A stretch of 6,075 bases of DNA from a virus, in IMG/VR virus record IMGVR_UViG_3300045988_003265, positions 1-6,075 of that record, one strand, 5' to 3'. Numbering within the stretch: position 1 is the first letter of the stretch; the number at the start of each line of letters is the position of its first letter. The notes below the pieces were generated by a model. That model saw only the letters and a program-made list of their open reading frames with translations. It had not been told where the DNA came from and searched no databases. The position numbers and the translations under genes were made by a program. This document shows positions 4,794 to 6,075 of the stretch, in pieces.

Positions 4794-4821
4794 ACTTGAT
4801 ATAATATATCACATGCGTACC
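4794..4821. other. AT-rich palindromic cis-element (TGATATA-A-TATATCA core at 4797-4811), candidate Rep nick site/ori or XerCD dif-like site
   Basis: The + strand ACTTGATAT-AATA (4794-4806) matches the phiX174 ori nick-site core ACTTGATATTAATA apart from a 1-nt gap. The minus strand GGTACGCATGTGATATATTATATCAAGT matches E. coli dif GGTGCGCATAATGTATATTATGTTAAAT at 20 of 28 positions by hand alignment. Both reference sequences come from memory. The element lies in the only sizeable AT-rich intergenic region (VP3-VP2). Confidence 0.4.
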
Positions 4822-4837
4822 ATCGTAGTTAATTTTA

Positions 4838-4859
4838 GGGGAAATTTTTACATTTCCCC
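4838..4859. repeat. Perfect 8-bp inverted repeat GGGGAAAT / ATTTCCCC with a 6-nt loop (TTTTAC)
   Basis: Direct pairing check: 4838-4845 pairs with 4852-4859. No T-run follows on either strand, so it is not a canonical terminator. Confidence 0.7.
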
Positions 4860-4903
4860 CCTAGATATCCATGTGATACGTTTTGCAGCTTTAGCTGCGA
4901 CCG

Positions 4904-5221
4904 TTAATTTTCGCTTGGTGTTCCTCCTTCCGTTTTGTTTGGTACATTTCCAAAGTCTTCCGGTTTGGGAGCATTTTCTTTTTTCGCCTTACTCCGGCCA
5001 ATTTTATCCATAGCTTCTAGTGCTATGTCGAATCTGTCTGTACGAATATTATAAGCCGGAAGTACTCCGTCTTTTTTTTCTGTGAATATGATAGGCGCAC
5101 TATCTGTAATCGGTTCTTTGTTTTGAGTGATTCTCGCTACTTTGGTTTCGATTGTTTCACCTTCTTGGATTTCTACACTTTGTATTCTTCCAAGTAAATT
5201 TGGTATGATTGTTGTTTTCAT
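4904..5221 (-). CDS. VP3: Internal scaffolding protein, VP3-like (105 aa from the ATG at 5221). The track's 124-aa version starts at a TTG inside VP1.
   Basis: The ATG at 5221-5219 lies 4 nt after the VP1 stop (TAACAATATG). The product is MKTTIIPNLLGRIQSVEIQEGETIETKVARITQNKEPITDSAPIIFTEKKDGVLPAYNIRTDRFDIALEAMDKIGRSKAKKENAPKPEDFGNVPNKTEGGTPSEN. The assignment rests on its small size, charged composition, position directly after VP1, and an IRTDRFDIA-type motif that I recall from microvirus VP3 proteins. It was not verified by a search. Confidence 0.65.
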   Translation of the reverse strand: MKTTIIPNLLGRIQSVEIQEGETIETKVARITQNKEPITDSAPIIFTEKKDGVLPAYNIRTDRFDIALEAMDKIGRSKAKKENAPKPEDFGNVPNKTEGGTPSEN

Positions 5222-5225
5222 ATTG

Positions 5226-6075
5226 TTATAAATTTGGAATTTGTTTTGCGCTGATAAGCCTTCTTGCCTTGATGTCAAACTTTGTTTGTATCCAAAAGTT
5301 CATAGCTTCTAGATTTGTATCTGCAAATATGTAATTGAATTTCACTGGATCTATATATGTAGATAAGTCTCCGATTGTGATTTTTGTCGGAGACGATCCA
5401 CCTATTATTTCTAGTTCGTAGTTTCTGTTCATTACCATGAATGCTTCATTATCTTTGATAGCAAAGTTTCCGTATGTTCTGTTTACATTTGTCATGTAAT
5501 TGATCCATGCTACCGTCTTACCTGCTGCTGTTTCTTTTTTATCTGGGTCTGCATTGTAGTATCCTGCCCACCATGCTCGTTCACTGTTGATACTGTCTTG
5601 GTATCCGATTCCGTCGAGTGCTGGTTTATGGAGGTCGTCCATTGTTTTGAGTTCTGTATCCCATTGGTTACCCTGTGAGTAGTCGATTCTTGGTGTGATA
5701 CTACAGATACACATGATATACCCCGGTTCGGTTACTTTTATTTTGATGTGTCCGCCTCGTTGTTTGTTGGTTGTTACACCTCTTCCTGCAAGTGCTCCTA
5801 ATGGTTCTTGTTCTGTTGCACTGTTACTGATTACTTCTTGGAATACAATTTCTTGACTTGTTCCTCCTTCGAATACAGGTGTCTCGCATCTTTCCATATA
5901 TTCTCCACCTGTGAATACTGTTTCTAGCCAGTCTCTGTATGTTCCTCCGCTTACTGCAATTCTGTTTAACATGTTGTAAACTTTTTGTGCTAAGTTGAGT
6001 GCATCCATTGACAAACTGCCATCTGAAACGTCTACGGATGAAATTTCATTTATTCCGTTTACTCCTTCAATCCAA
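5226..6075 (-). CDS. VP1: Major capsid protein VP1, 3' part. Bases 5977-6075 duplicate 1-99, and the TAA stop is at 5228-5226.
   Basis: The track ORF 5226..6014 begins at an internal TTG, and the frame stays open to the window end. The sequence ...SMDALNLAQKVYNMLNRIAVSGGTYRDWLETVF...GGHIKIKVTEPGYIMCICSITPRIDYSQGNQW...IPNL is the C-terminal half of the same capsid protein. It joins 1..1172 in frame once the terminal repeat is collapsed. Confidence 0.9.
   Translation of the reverse strand, partial: WIEGVNGINEISSVDVSDGSLSMDALNLAQKVYNMLNRIAVSGGTYRDWLETVFTGGEYMERCETPVFEGGTSQEIVFQEVISNSATEQEPLGALAGRGVTTNKQRGGHIKIKVTEPGYIMCICSITPRIDYSQGNQWDTELKTMDDLHKPALDGIGYQDSINSERAWWAGYYNADPDKKETAAGKTVAWINYMTNVNRTYGNFAIKDNEAFMVMNRNYELEIIGGSSPTKITIGDLSTYIDPVKFNYIFADTNLEAMNFWIQTKFDIKARRLISAKQIPNL
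5977..6075. repeat. Terminal overlap copy 2 (identical to 1-99)
   Basis: Same comparison. Collapsing the overlap restores an uninterrupted 640-aa VP1 frame. Confidence 0.97.

Noticed and set aside
4036-5013. + strand ORFs 4036..4344, 4348..4554 and 4591..5013
   Set aside because: They are antisense shadows of VP2 and VP3, with S/F/L/C/P-rich low-complexity products. Every recognisable gene is on the other strand, as expected for a microvirus.
5222-5278. TTG-initiated 19-codon N-terminal extension of VP3 (track ORF 4904..5278)
   Set aside because: The start is TTG inside the VP1 C-terminus, giving a 53-nt overlap. A clean ATG sits 4 nt after the VP1 stop, so the shorter form is preferred. 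The extension is not excluded.
1-6075. CRISPR arrays, tandem repeats, IS/transposon ends, integrase or toxin-antitoxin genes
   Set aside because: Reading both strands, I found no direct repeat arrays and no terminal inverted repeats bracketing a transposase-like ORF. The only repeats are the 99-nt overlap and the short hairpins. The overlapping 73/84-aa pair has toxin-antitoxin-like sizes but no motifs that I recognise.

Overview
This window is a complete, circularly permuted genome of a small ssDNA phage of the family Microviridae. Bases 1-99 are identical to 5977-6075, so the unit length is 5976 nt and the window overlaps itself. I read the phage as Alpavirinae-like with a Bacteroidales host, based on my recognition of the proteins and a Bacteroides-style -33/-7 promoter; no database search was possible. 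All credible genes are on the minus strand, which is therefore the sense (viral) strand. In reading order they are: VP1 major capsid (ATG at 1172, runs off the left edge and continues 5976->5226, 640 aa in total), a VP3-like scaffold protein (4904-5221), the VP2 pilot protein (3693-4733) and the VP4 HUH rolling-circle Rep (2692-3690). These are followed by an abrupt ~420-nt GC-rich, hairpin-dense non-coding island (2275-2691), a Bacteroides-type promoter (2195-2226), and a tightly packed cassette of five small ORFs (2132->1172) that ends in a TAATG junction with VP1. Four items deserve a second look. (1) The GC-rich structured island could be a phage-borne ncRNA, a complementary-strand origin or a captured host fragment. 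(2) A translationally coupled pair of tiny membrane/lipobox proteins, one a 30-aa micro-ORF missing from the supplied track, is a candidate lysis or exclusion module in a lineage with no known lysis gene. (3) An AT-rich palindromic site at 4794-4821 resembles both the phiX174 ori nick-site core and a XerCD dif site. (4) Alternative-frame ORFs overlap within the small-gene cassette. All + strand ORFs in the track look like antisense shadows.
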